Origin: an uncultured bacterium
GTDB lineage: Bacteria > Zixibacteria > MSB-5A5 > CAIYYT01
DNA length: 64,000 nucleotides
Direction of reading: 5' to 3'
Assembly (NCBI GenBank): GCA_963726455.1
Contig: CAVSCK010000004.1
Coordinates: 224,001-288,000, forward strand
Each line of letters begins with the position of its first letter. Position 1 is the stretch's first letter. Shown piece by piece: positions 10,042 to 19,095 of this stretch. Below the pieces are notes generated by a model. The model saw only the letters and a list, made by a program, of their open reading frames with translations, ran no database searches and was not told the DNA's origin. The position numbers were made by a program, and so were the translations under genes.

Positions 10042-10602
10042 CTACCAGAACCAGCCGATGTTGAAAGTCATCGAAAACACGTTCGACTGAAAGTGGTCGA
10101 AATTCTGAAATGACCATTGAGCCGAAGGCACCAACGCGAACTTGCGCATCAGGCGAAATTCCATGCCGGCGCCCAGCATTGCGCCAAATCCGGTCTCGGA
10201 ATACTTCTGGTTGTAGAAGAACCCGCCAACCTCGACGTCGGCACTGGCGAATCCGATTCCGCCCTTGATGAAGAATTTGGGCGATGGATAGTAAGTCAGG
10301 CAGGCGACGGTAGTAGAGATTGAACTCGTGACGTTGTCCTGTTGCTTCGTCCAGACGTTGGCATCAAGCCCGAGCAGCAGGTCACGCCGGAGCGCACCGC
10401 CGATAAAGAATACGCCGGCGCCGGAACCCTGCCGGTCAGTCGAAAGATTGGAGTTGTCGAAGTTGAGGCCAAGATTGCCATAGCCAAGACCGAAACCGAT
10501 ATAGAAACCGGTGTGGTCGGTCTTGGCGACTTTGGTGATGGCGGAAGCTGAGGCGCAAGACGCAATGATGAGCGCCAGAATCAATAACGTAGTTTTCCTC
10601 AT
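10042..10602 (-). CDS. Outer membrane beta-barrel protein (8-stranded OmpA/OmpW-like)
   Basis: Signal peptide MRKTTLLILALII after a GAGGAGG RBS; alternating beta strands; aromatic C-terminus NIGWFW. Confidence 0.8.
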   Translation of the reverse strand: MRKTTLLILALIIASCASASAITKVAKTDHTGFYIGFGLGYGNLGLNFDNSNLSTDRQGSGAGVFFIGGALRRDLLLGLDANVWTKQQDNVTSSISTTVACLTYYPSPKFFIKGGIGFASADVEVGGFFYNQKYSETGFGAMLGAGMEFRLMRKFALVPSAQWSFQNFDHFQSNVFSMTFNIGWFW

Positions 10603-10709
10603 AATGTCCTCCTCATGACGAACCAATCTAGACTCGTCAAATCCGGTGTGCAACAACTTGAAGTATCAGAAAATAAGGGTGATCTTTTCGCAGAATTCGC
10701 GTCTTGAGA

Positions 10710-12971
10710 CTAAGCAGTTTGCAGTGTCAATTCTTGCAGCGCGTGCTCCAGCAGCTTCAACACGTTCTTCTTGCCGTCGGGGCCGACCTCAATTTCGGGG
10801 CCGACACAGGCGGGGCAACCGGACTTGCAGGAGCATTCTTTAATCAGGTGTCCGGCGGCGCGGAAGACTTCAGGAGCGATACGAAACAGCTTGTTGGCAT
10901 AGCCGACACCACCGGGGGCGCTTTCGTAAATGTAGATTGTCGGCTGCTCGGTGAATGAAGACTTCACCTGCGAGATCGACCTGATGTCGCGCGGATCGCA
11001 CATCAACCAGAGGGGAGCAACTATGCCCAAGACGTTTGCCAAACCGCGTAGCGAGGCGCCCAGATTTTCATGTCCGAAGCCGAGTTGTTCGCCGATGTCC
11101 TCTGTGAATTGGTACCAGAACGCCGTCGTATGCATCTCGATTTCCGGCAGCGAGAGTTTGCCAGAACCCACGTTTTCGTGCGTGTCGAACTTGATTTTCT
11201 TGAAGAGCACGGTGACGTTGGTGATCGAGACCTCGCCCCAGTTCAACGGACCTTCGTCCTGAATGGTCTCGAGAACTTTCAGGTCGGCCTTGGTTTCGGC
11301 GTCGGTGTAGTAATCGACCTTGTCTTCCTTGACATAGGCCTTCTTGCCCTCCCAGTCGAGTTTCATGACCTGATATTGATCGCCGAGGTGAATATAGATC
11401 GCTTCCGGATGAATCAGCATGGGCGCGGCGAAATAGTCAACCTCGCCGATGACGCGATTATTGTCGGAGGTGTTCAGGATCACAAAGTTCTCAGGTGAGG
11501 CAGACCGTAACGAAACCTCTGTCGCCGGATAAATTTCAGAAGACCAGTGCCAGCGATCACCGGAAAAACGGAGAATTCCCTTGGATTGCAAGTACTCCAA
11601 AATCTCGTCGGTGGTTTCGACGCCGAATTTCTCGCCTTTCTGAAATGGCAGTTCAAACGCTGCGCATTTCAGGTGCGAGGTCAGAATCACGAAATTGCTC
11701 GGATCGATAATGCCCATTTCGGCAGGGGAACCGAAGAAGTAGTCCGGATTGTTGACGATATACTGATTAATCGCCGAACTGGAGGCGACCATAATCGAAA
11801 CGCTGATGCCGCCTTTACGGCCGGCGCGTCCGGCTTGCTGCCGTGTCGAAGCCACGGTTCCGGGATAGCCCGTGATGATCGAGACGTCAAGAGAACCGAT
11901 ATCGATTCCCAATTCCAGGGCGTTAGTGGCCACGACTGCCGTGACCGCCCCGGACTTTAGCCCCTGCTCGATAGCGCGCCGCTCGGTCGGCAGGTAGCCG
12001 CCGCGATAGCCCTCCACGCGTGCGTCTTTGCAGTCGCGCTTGAGATAAGTGAGAAGGATTTCAACCATCAGCCGATAGGGGGCGAAGACAATGGTTTGAA
12101 TCTTGTTGCCGATGAATCGCTGCGCGATGCGCCCGGCTTCTTTGAGCGAGGATTTGCGAATGCCAAGCTGTTGATTGATCACCGGCGGATTGTAGAAGAT
12201 GAAGTGTTTCTCGCCGGAAGGAGCGCCGTTCTTGTCGACGAGCGTCATGGGTCGGCCGGTGACCTGTTCGGCGAGTTCGCTGGGATTACGGATCGTTGCA
12301 GAACAGCAGATGAATTGCGGTGTCGAGCCATAGAATCGGCAAATGCGGTCAAGACGCCGGATGACGTTGGCAAGATGAGAGCCAAATACGCCGCGATAGG
12401 TGTGGACCTCATCGATGACGATGAACTTCAAATTCTCGAACAGCTTGATCCATTTAGTGTGGTGAGGAAGTATCCCCGCATGCAGCATGTCGGGATTGGT
12501 TACGACGATGTGTCCGGCCTTGCGAATCTTGCGCCGTACTTCGGCGGGCGTGTCGCCGTCGAAAGTGAAAGTATTGATGTCCAGCTTGAGATCTTCAATG
12601 ACGCCGTGCAGCTCGTGCATCTGATCCTGCGATAGCGCCTTGGTAGGGAAGAGGTAGAGCGCGCGCGTTTCCGGCTCGGCAATTGTTCTTGCCAGCACTG
12701 GAAGGTTGTAACAGAGAGTCTTGCCCGACGCGGTCGGAGTTACGACCGTAACGTTTTCGCCGCGCTGGACGGCATTGAACACTTCGGCCTGATGCGAATA
12801 GAGTTTGTGAATGCCGCGCTTATTCAGCGATTCGCGCAACAACGATGGGACAGTCGCAGGGAAATCAACGTAGACAGCAGGTTTCGGCGGATCGACATGC
12901 CACTCGGTGACGTTGCGCAGGAAGCTGTCGTCATTGCGAAGCTGATCGAGCACCTGCGAAACGGTCAGCAC
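10710..12971 (-). CDS. DEAH-box helicase of the MrfA/Hrq1/SftH family (DUF1998 C-terminus)
   Basis: TPTASGKTLCY, FPTKALSQDQ, DEVH, SAT, ALELGIDIG, QQAGRAGR; C-terminal MCD..CSCKSGCPAC zinc site. Confidence 0.92.
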   Translation of the reverse strand: MLTVSQVLDQLRNDDSFLRNVTEWHVDPPKPAVYVDFPATVPSLLRESLNKRGIHKLYSHQAEVFNAVQRGENVTVVTPTASGKTLCYNLPVLARTIAEPETRALYLFPTKALSQDQMHELHGVIEDLKLDINTFTFDGDTPAEVRRKIRKAGHIVVTNPDMLHAGILPHHTKWIKLFENLKFIVIDEVHTYRGVFGSHLANVIRRLDRICRFYGSTPQFICCSATIRNPSELAEQVTGRPMTLVDKNGAPSGEKHFIFYNPPVINQQLGIRKSSLKEAGRIAQRFIGNKIQTIVFAPYRLMVEILLTYLKRDCKDARVEGYRGGYLPTERRAIEQGLKSGAVTAVVATNALELGIDIGSLDVSIITGYPGTVASTRQQAGRAGRKGGISVSIMVASSSAINQYIVNNPDYFFGSPAEMGIIDPSNFVILTSHLKCAAFELPFQKGEKFGVETTDEILEYLQSKGILRFSGDRWHWSSEIYPATEVSLRSASPENFVILNTSDNNRVIGEVDYFAAPMLIHPEAIYIHLGDQYQVMKLDWEGKKAYVKEDKVDYYTDAETKADLKVLETIQDEGPLNWGEVSITNVTVLFKKIKFDTHENVGSGKLSLPEIEMHTTAFWYQFTEDIGEQLGFGHENLGASLRGLANVLGIVAPLWLMCDPRDIRSISQVKSSFTEQPTIYIYESAPGGVGYANKLFRIAPEVFRAAGHLIKECSCKSGCPACVGPEIEVGPDGKKNVLKLLEHALQELTLQTA

Positions 12972-12972
12972 G

Positions 12973-13515
12973 TTACATTACCTTCATGTAGGTTCGGCGG
13001 CAGATGTCGCAGAATTTTTCCGATTTCTGGTCGATGTCAAACATGTCGTCGGAGTTGAACATCACGCATTTGGGATTGCGGCAGAATGGAATGGAAAAAA
13101 GCGCTCCCACCACGCGAGTAGCTTCCTTTACCAGCCGCCCATAGATCATTTTCTCGTCATCGGGAAGGCCGTAGAACTGCTGTTTGAGGTGATGTAACGA
13201 CACGAGCGCAGTGCCGCCGACGGCGTCGACGTCGGATACCAGCACATGATGGCGGGCGTTGTATATGTCGTCCTCGATGATGCCCAGGATTCTTTCTTTT
13301 TCGGTTGCCTTGAGCAACTCCATTTTTTGCAGAATCATAGTCGAGAAGTATTGGCCTTTGATCAGATCGTAGGCCTCGTTGGGAATCTTGATGCCCTGCA
13401 GAATGTCGACCGAATGACCAAAACGGCTGGACAGAGTGGTCGACAGCTTGTTAATCTGGAAGTAGTCGACATCTCCCAACGGTACGATCACTATTTTTGC
13501 GCGATGCCGTTTCAT
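12973..13515 (-). CDS. Archaemetzincin (peptidase M54)-like protein lacking the catalytic HExxHxxGxxH motif
   Basis: AYD..KGQY, ILGI..DDIY, RLVKEA, CRNPKCVM..FCDIC are retained; the zinc-binding segment reads RVVGALFSIPF. Confidence 0.8.
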   Translation of the reverse strand: MKRHRAKIVIVPLGDVDYFQINKLSTTLSSRFGHSVDILQGIKIPNEAYDLIKGQYFSTMILQKMELLKATEKERILGIIEDDIYNARHHVLVSDVDAVGGTALVSLHHLKQQFYGLPDDEKMIYGRLVKEATRVVGALFSIPFCRNPKCVMFNSDDMFDIDQKSEKFCDICRRTYMKVM

Positions 13516-13694
13516 CTTATTTCAAAAAACCTCGCGTCGATGCCATCCGGCGATATCTTTATTCTTATGGGCGCCGCACAACGAGGGCACCAGCCGACAA
13601 AGGCAGTCTTCTGTTTGTTCAGATAGATGCGGCTGTAGACCTTGCAGCACTTAAACATGACGCCGATAAAGGGCCTGTTGGTTTTCGGTTCCAT
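13512..13694 (-). CDS. Small putative zinc-binding protein (CC...CPRC)
   Basis: 60 aa, FKCCKVYSRIY..GWCPRC; 4-nt overlap with the downstream gene and 1-nt gap to the upstream pdp stop. Confidence 0.75.
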   Translation of the reverse strand: MEPKTNRPFIGVMFKCCKVYSRIYLNKQKTAFVGWCPRCAAPIRIKISPDGIDARFFEIR

Positions 13695-13695
13695 A

Positions 13696-15000
13696 TCACA
13701 ATCGTCTTAGAATCAGTCGTTCGGGCCTTGGTGGCTGATCGGAGAAAGTAAGACAATCCATGAAGTCGCGCTCGAATCCGGCCAACCTGGCTTTCTGCCT
13801 GCAATAGCCAATGGCCAAAGGTTCGCCCACCGCGATCTCATCACCAATCTTGGCCACTAACTCTATGCCTGCCAACGGGTCAACCCGATCAGACAGAGAC
13901 AGCCGGCCTGCTCCCAGACGTCCTGCCAGGAAGCCGAGCCGGTCAGTAGCCATGGCTGCAATGTATCCACCAGTCGGCGATTTGACAACCGATTTGTGGG
14001 CACGTTGAAGTAACTTGTCAGCAGTCTCCAGGGACGCAGTTGCTCCGCCGCAGCTTGAGACATAACGGCAGAAAGTCTCGTATGGTCTGCCTGATTTCAG
14101 TTCCTGACGAAGACTCCTTTTCCCAACCTTGGCGTCCTTTTCGATTCCAGCCAATGCGAGCATCTCGGATGCAAGATCCAAGGTAAGTGAGATAGTGTCG
14201 GCCGGTCCCGCGCCACGGAGTACATCGATGGTCTCTTTGATTTCCAGGAAATTGCCGATCATGTTACCGGTCGGCTGATTCATGTTCGAGATCACAGCGC
14301 GTGCCGGAAGGCCATTTCGTTTTGACACCGCCAGGAGCGCTTCGGCCAATTGGCGCGACCGCGGCAGTGTCTTCATGAAAGCGCCCGAGCCGGTTTTGAC
14401 GTCAAAGAGGATGCCGTTCGATTTGAGCGCGAGCTTTTTCGACATGATGCTCGCGACAATCAAAGGTATCGACTCGACCGTGCCGGTGGCGTCGCGGAGG
14501 GCATAGATCTTCTTGTCGGCAGGAGCGATTTTGTCGGTCTGGCCGGTGACAGCGAAATGGTGTTTCTTGAGTAATCGAGTGAATTCGGCACGGGAATGGA
14601 ATACCCTCATTCCGGGAATGGATTCCAGTTTGTCGAGCGTGCCGCCGGTGTGTCCGAGACCTCGACCGGAAAACATGCCGACAGCAACACCGCAATTCGC
14701 GAGGAGAGGCCCGATCGTAAGAGATAGTTTGTCGCCGACGCCGCCGGTGGAATGCTTATCCAACAGCGGTCGATCAAGGCCCGGAACACTGATAGTCTCG
14801 CCGGAATGAAGCATGGCGCCGGTTAGGGCAGAGGTTTCAGCGTCTGACAGCCCTCGGATAAAGGCCGCCATCAGGAATGCAGACATTTGGTAATCGGAGA
14901 TCTTGCCCCCGGTGTATTGCTTGACGAGTGAAGTGATTTCCTCGTCGGTCAGGTTCCCCCCATCACGTTTGGTGGCGATAAGTTCATAAGTACTCTTCAT
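13696..15000 (-). CDS. pdp: Pyrimidine-nucleoside/thymidine phosphorylase
   Basis: DYQMSAFLMA, DKHSTGGVGDK, SGRGLGHTGGTLDKLESIPG, PADKKIYALRD; start MKSTYELI at 15000. Confidence 0.95.
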   Translation of the reverse strand: MKSTYELIATKRDGGNLTDEEITSLVKQYTGGKISDYQMSAFLMAAFIRGLSDAETSALTGAMLHSGETISVPGLDRPLLDKHSTGGVGDKLSLTIGPLLANCGVAVGMFSGRGLGHTGGTLDKLESIPGMRVFHSRAEFTRLLKKHHFAVTGQTDKIAPADKKIYALRDATGTVESIPLIVASIMSKKLALKSNGILFDVKTGSGAFMKTLPRSRQLAEALLAVSKRNGLPARAVISNMNQPTGNMIGNFLEIKETIDVLRGAGPADTISLTLDLASEMLALAGIEKDAKVGKRSLRQELKSGRPYETFCRYVSSCGGATASLETADKLLQRAHKSVVKSPTGGYIAAMATDRLGFLAGRLGAGRLSLSDRVDPLAGIELVAKIGDEIAVGEPLAIGYCRQKARLAGFERDFMDCLTFSDQPPRPERLILRRL

Positions 15001-15710
15001 TTTCGATTCAGTAGTTCCTCTATGATTTGTGCCCCTGAGGATGTGCCAATACGGGAGGCGCCTGCCTCGATAAAGGCGAGTGTTTGTTGGAGACTGCGAA
15101 TGCCGCCGGAGGCCTTGACGCCGATTTTGCGGCCGACAGTCTCGAATAGAAGCATGACGTCGGCGATAGTGGCCTGACCGAACATGCCGGTCGAGGTTTT
15201 CACGAAGTCGGCGCCGCAATCGACGCAAAGATTGGCGGCCTTGATCTTTTCGTCACGGGTCAAAAGCGAACATTCCAATATAACTTTCATCGTGGTGTTG
15301 TGGGATAGCGCCTTGCGAACACCGGCGATATCGCGCTCGACCAGGCCGTAGTCGCCCGACTTGATGGCGCCCACATTGGCTACCATGTCGATCTCATCGG
15401 CGCCATGATTTTCATTCTCCTGCGCCTCGTATATTTTGACCTCGGTGGTGGTCGCGCCGAGAGGGAATCCGGCAACGCTGCCTAGCTTCACATCCGTGCC
15501 GTCGAGAAAGTGACGGCTGTACTTGACATACGCCGGGTTGACAAAGACTGCTTTGTAGTGGTAGCGTACGGCTTCCTCGCAGAGCTTCTCGACATTCTCA
15601 GTGGTCGTTTCGGTCTTTAATAGTGCAGCGTCAAAGTAACTGGCAAGATCAATATCCCCCCTCATCCGGGAGTGGGATTTCTCCCGGTCTTTGTCATCAG
15701 GCACAAACAT
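14997..15710 (-). CDS. deoC: Deoxyribose-phosphate aldolase (start may be 15665)
   Basis: VAGFPLG, GADEIDMV, KVILEC, DFVKTSTG, VKASGGIR, RIGTSSG. Confidence 0.95.
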   Translation of the reverse strand: MFVPDDKDREKSHSRMRGDIDLASYFDAALLKTETTTENVEKLCEEAVRYHYKAVFVNPAYVKYSRHFLDGTDVKLGSVAGFPLGATTTEVKIYEAQENENHGADEIDMVANVGAIKSGDYGLVERDIAGVRKALSHNTTMKVILECSLLTRDEKIKAANLCVDCGADFVKTSTGMFGQATIADVMLLFETVGRKIGVKASGGIRSLQQTLAFIEAGASRIGTSSGAQIIEELLNRK

Positions 15711-15760
15711 ACTCCTTCCGGCCCCGCTTCCTAAATTACGATTTCAAAGTCCGGCAGACA

Positions 15761-16150
15761 TCACTTTTTTGGAGCGAACGGTTTGGGGTAGAGTTTCTTG
15801 AGTGTCGTCTTGCTGATTTCACCCTTGTTGTTGACCAGTAGAATCTTAAGATCCGTACAGAATTCCGACAAGACCTGACGGCACGCCCCGCAGGGAGTGA
15901 TGTGATCTCCATTTGGCGAGGCCACGGCCAGCCGGGTAAATGATGTCTTGCCCTCGGCAACTGCGGTAAACACAGCGACTCTTTCCGCGCAGACGGTAAC
16001 GCCATACGAGCGATTTTCGATATTCGTTCCGGTAAAGACTTCATCATTGGCGATCAGTGCGGCGCCGACACGGAAGTGCGAATAGGGTGAGTGCGAATGT
16101 TCGGCAGCAGCCAGCGCAATTTGGGCGAGATCTTTGTCGGTTAGTTTCAT
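15761..16150 (-). CDS. cdd: Cytidine deaminase (homotetrameric type)
   Basis: SPYSHFRVGAAL, NIEN, CAER, PCGACRQ. Confidence 0.95.
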   Translation of the reverse strand: MKLTDKDLAQIALAAAEHSHSPYSHFRVGAALIANDEVFTGTNIENRSYGVTVCAERVAVFTAVAEGKTSFTRLAVASPNGDHITPCGACRQVLSEFCTDLKILLVNNKGEISKTTLKKLYPKPFAPKK

Positions 16151-16157
16151 AGTTCAC

Positions 16158-16913
16158 CTATAATCGAGATTTGTCGGGTAATTGTCGTTTGTAGGCGGTG
16201 TAGAAAACACGCCCAGTGTTTCTCAAGGATTGCCCTTCTCTGGCAGGCGCCGCTTCGATATCGCGGAAGCCGGCACGCTTCAGACTGGACATGACATATT
16301 GGTGCGGATAGCATTTCTCGTAGAAAGTTTCTTTGAAGCGATCTCGTTTTCCGCCGGCCAATTCCACAAAGCCGTTGATCGTCACCGAGGCAAGACGGGT
16401 GTGGCGATCGTAGGAGCCCTTCATCAAGACGGCATGTTTGCCGCGCTCACTAAAAAGAACGGCGTCCCAGCGATGGAGACCGACGGCGGTGTTGACGTCG
16501 AAAATGAAAAAGCCGCCCGGTTTGAGATGGCGGGCTGCGTGACCGATGAAATTCTCGAAACCTTTCTCAGTCAGAATGTGATTCGCGGCATCAAAGAAAC
16601 AGCCGACGGCATCGAACTGGCGGTGCAGATTGAATTTGGTCATGTCGCGCTTAACGAAGTGCGGTTTGGCCCTTCCCTTGAAGAGCCGGAGTCGTTGCTG
16701 CGCCATCTTCAGCATGTCGGGGGACTTATCGAGGCCGACGACTTCTATGCCCAGTCGCGAAACTGTGAAAGCCAGCGAGCCGGTGCCACAGGCCAAATCG
16801 AGATAGGATTTGCTGCGGTGTTTCTGCAAGAGCGGTTTGAGACGTGGCCAGGCGACATCGTGGAATTCATGCCAGCCGAGCAGATCGTAATATTTGGCAA
16901 TGCTCTTGTACAT
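16158..16913 (-). CDS. Class I SAM-dependent methyltransferase
   Basis: LDLACGTG motif I, GLDKSPDML, HLKPGGFFIFD. Confidence 0.9.
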   Translation of the reverse strand: MYKSIAKYYDLLGWHEFHDVAWPRLKPLLQKHRSKSYLDLACGTGSLAFTVSRLGIEVVGLDKSPDMLKMAQQRLRLFKGRAKPHFVKRDMTKFNLHRQFDAVGCFFDAANHILTEKGFENFIGHAARHLKPGGFFIFDVNTAVGLHRWDAVLFSERGKHAVLMKGSYDRHTRLASVTINGFVELAGGKRDRFKETFYEKCYPHQYVMSSLKRAGFRDIEAAPAREGQSLRNTGRVFYTAYKRQLPDKSRL

Positions 16914-16966
16914 GGCGTGAGGATATAGATTTGTTGCCGGTTACAAAACAGTTTGTTGATAATGCA

Positions 16967-17716
16967 CTAGCGGCCGCGCTGGTTGCCCCAGGCAAGGACT
17001 TGCAGCCGTGGCGAAAACCGGAAACCATGCCGGGCGCATTCCTCCATGAGCCAGGGCATCACCGCAAGCTGACTTTGAGACGTGATTCCTTCAGGCATCA
17101 GAATGATATTGTCTGTTCCAACCAGAGGAACGTAATCCCGAACGATTTCGTCAATGTCCTTGCGTTGCTGAACCACGAATTTGAAATCGGCGCGACCGGT
17201 AGCAAGGATTGCGCGCAGCGCATCGGGAACGATGTTGATCGCACTGTCGAGACCGTTGTTGGTCAGTTTGGGAGAGCAGTTCCACCAGGATATCAATTCG
17301 GCCATTTCGGGACTCGGGACATACATGCCGTTGGTCTCAATCTCGAAAAACGTGAAGCCAAGTTTGCGCAATTCGGCAATGACAAAGGGGAGGCGATCTT
17401 GATGAAGCATCGGTTCGCCGCCGGTGAGGACAACGTGCACGTGTTCTGGAGCGGTTGCCGATGATGCAAGGAGTCTGGCAGCACTCTCTGCAATCGCGGT
17501 GGGAGTATACAACTCGCCGGACTCGATCTTGCCTTCCTCCCAGGTGAAGCGCGTGTCACACCAGGCGCAGCCGAGATTGCAGAACATGAAGCGGATGAAG
17601 ACAGCTGGTGTGCCCGCAAAACGGCCTTCGCCTTGAATTGAGTAGAACATTTCCGTGACAGGGAGGAGGCCTGCGAATTGAGTCGGCCAGGGGGCGATCT
17701 TGGGTTTGTATGTCAT
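16967..17716 (-). CDS. queE: 7-carboxy-7-deazaguanine synthase (radical SAM)
   Basis: EMFYSIQGEG, FIRFMFCNLGCAWCDT, LTGGEP, IETNG, CSPK; adjacent to queC. Confidence 0.93.
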   Translation of the reverse strand: MTYKPKIAPWPTQFAGLLPVTEMFYSIQGEGRFAGTPAVFIRFMFCNLGCAWCDTRFTWEEGKIESGELYTPTAIAESAARLLASSATAPEHVHVVLTGGEPMLHQDRLPFVIAELRKLGFTFFEIETNGMYVPSPEMAELISWWNCSPKLTNNGLDSAINIVPDALRAILATGRADFKFVVQQRKDIDEIVRDYVPLVGTDNIILMPEGITSQSQLAVMPWLMEECARHGFRFSPRLQVLAWGNQRGR

Positions 17717-17723
17717 ATCAGAT

Positions 17724-18434
17724 TTACGTTGCGGCGTAGCGTGTGGGATCAGGAATACCGGCCTCGGCAAATCCCTTTCTGCGGATCAGGCAGCTATCGC
17801 AACCGCCGCAGGCGAGGCCATCCCAGGTCGGGTCGTAACAACTGCTGGTCAGGGAATAATCCAAGCCCAGCTCGATACCTTTCCTGATTATCTCGGCCTT
17901 GGTGAGACTGATCAGCGGCGCCTGTACGGTGATTTGACGTCCTTCGATTCCGGCCTTGGTGGCGAGGTTTGCCATCTCTTGAAAGGCGCTGATGAACTCG
18001 GGACGGCAATCAGGGTAGCCGGAGTAGTCAACGGCATTCGCGCCGATGAAGATCGTATCCGAATCGTTGGCCTCGGCCCAGGCCAGCGCCACAGAGAGAA
18101 AGATCGTATTGCGTGCCGGGACATAAGTGATGGGGATGGTGGAGCCGCGCGTCGATTCAGGCCGGTTCTTTGGCACCCTGATGTTGGCGGTAAGCGCCGA
18201 GCCACCAATAGGGGTCAGATCGATAGGGAAGATGAGATGCCTTTCGACTCCGACCGCGGCGGCGACCTTACGGGCGGCATTTAGTTCGACACGATGGCGC
18301 TGTTTGTAGTCAAAGCTGATGGCATAAAGCCGGTAGCCAGCATGCTTGGCGACAGCCAATGTGGTGGCCGAATCGATCCCGCCGCTGAGAAGTACAACAG
18401 CTCGTTCGGATTTGCGCGAAGCGTCTACGTTCAT
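17724..18434 (-). CDS. queC: 7-cyano-7-deazaguanine synthase
   Basis: [37 protein letters not shown]. Confidence 0.97.
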   Translation of the reverse strand: MNVDASRKSERAVVLLSGGIDSATTLAVAKHAGYRLYAISFDYKQRHRVELNAARKVAAAVGVERHLIFPIDLTPIGGSALTANIRVPKNRPESTRGSTIPITYVPARNTIFLSVALAWAEANDSDTIFIGANAVDYSGYPDCRPEFISAFQEMANLATKAGIEGRQITVQAPLISLTKAEIIRKGIELGLDYSLTSSCYDPTWDGLACGGCDSCLIRRKGFAEAGIPDPTRYAAT

Positions 18435-18515
18435 TCGATTGCGAATATATGATCATCAAAGACAGTGTCAACATTAGTTCTCAGCCGAAGACGCCAATTG
18501 GCTTTGCAGTTTCTG

Positions 18516-18544
18516 TTGAATTGTGAAGGCCAAAACCATATAAT
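18516..18544 (+). promoter_or_regulatory. Sigma70-type promoter directly ahead of queF
   Basis: TTGAAT-N17-TATAAT; ATG follows 6 nt after the -10 box. Confidence 0.6.
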
Positions 18545-18550
18545 GGGGCC

Positions 18551-18952
18551 ATGAAGAAATCCGACTACGAAGGCAGACAGGATCATATCCGGAAATGGAA
18601 GACGCCGGCCATTGAAGTCTTCAAGAATATTTATGCTGACCGGGACTACGAAATTCGCATGGAGACGTCGGAGTTTACCTGTGTCTGTCCCAAGACGGGG
18701 CTGCCTGACTTTGCGGAACTTGTGCTTACTTATGTGCCTGATAAGCAATGTGTTGAGCTGAAGAGTTTCAAGGAATACTTGATGGCCTACCGCGATCAGG
18801 GAATCTTCCACGAGAACGCGGTGAACAAGATTCTGGATGATATTGTGGCGGCGATTCAACCACGAAAAGCCCGGCTGGAAGGCAAGTTCAATTCTCGCGG
18901 GGGGATTCAGACGACGGTAGTGCGGGAGTATATAGCTAAGAGCAAACGCTAA
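18551..18952 (+). CDS. queF: NADPH-dependent 7-cyano-7-deazaguanine reductase (unimodular)
   Basis: EFTCVCPKTGLPDFA, ELKSFKEYL QueF motif, FHE, RGGI. Confidence 0.95.
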   Translation: MKKSDYEGRQDHIRKWKTPAIEVFKNIYADRDYEIRMETSEFTCVCPKTGLPDFAELVLTYVPDKQCVELKSFKEYLMAYRDQGIFHENAVNKILDDIVAAIQPRKARLEGKFNSRGGIQTTVVREYIAKSKR

Positions 18953-19095
18953 TCTTCTGCCTCAAGTACGGGTGGGCAGCTCTGAAACAAAGTTCTCGTT
19001 GCTTACGTCCAACAGGTGAATCTATACAGAAGAACGATAGTCGAACTATGTTCGCTAATGGTGCGGGAGGTTCAACCCTAGCAAGGAGACAGGGA

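Noticed and set aside
18434-18551. preQ1 riboswitch between queC and queF
   Set aside because: No recognisable preQ1 aptamer stem with an A-rich tail; the space is taken up by promoter elements.
16967-18952. queCEF as a Dpd DNA-modification or QueC-based defence island
   Set aside because: No dpdA/TGT-like, TatD or ATPase partner is adjacent; canonical QueF implies the tRNA queuosine pathway.
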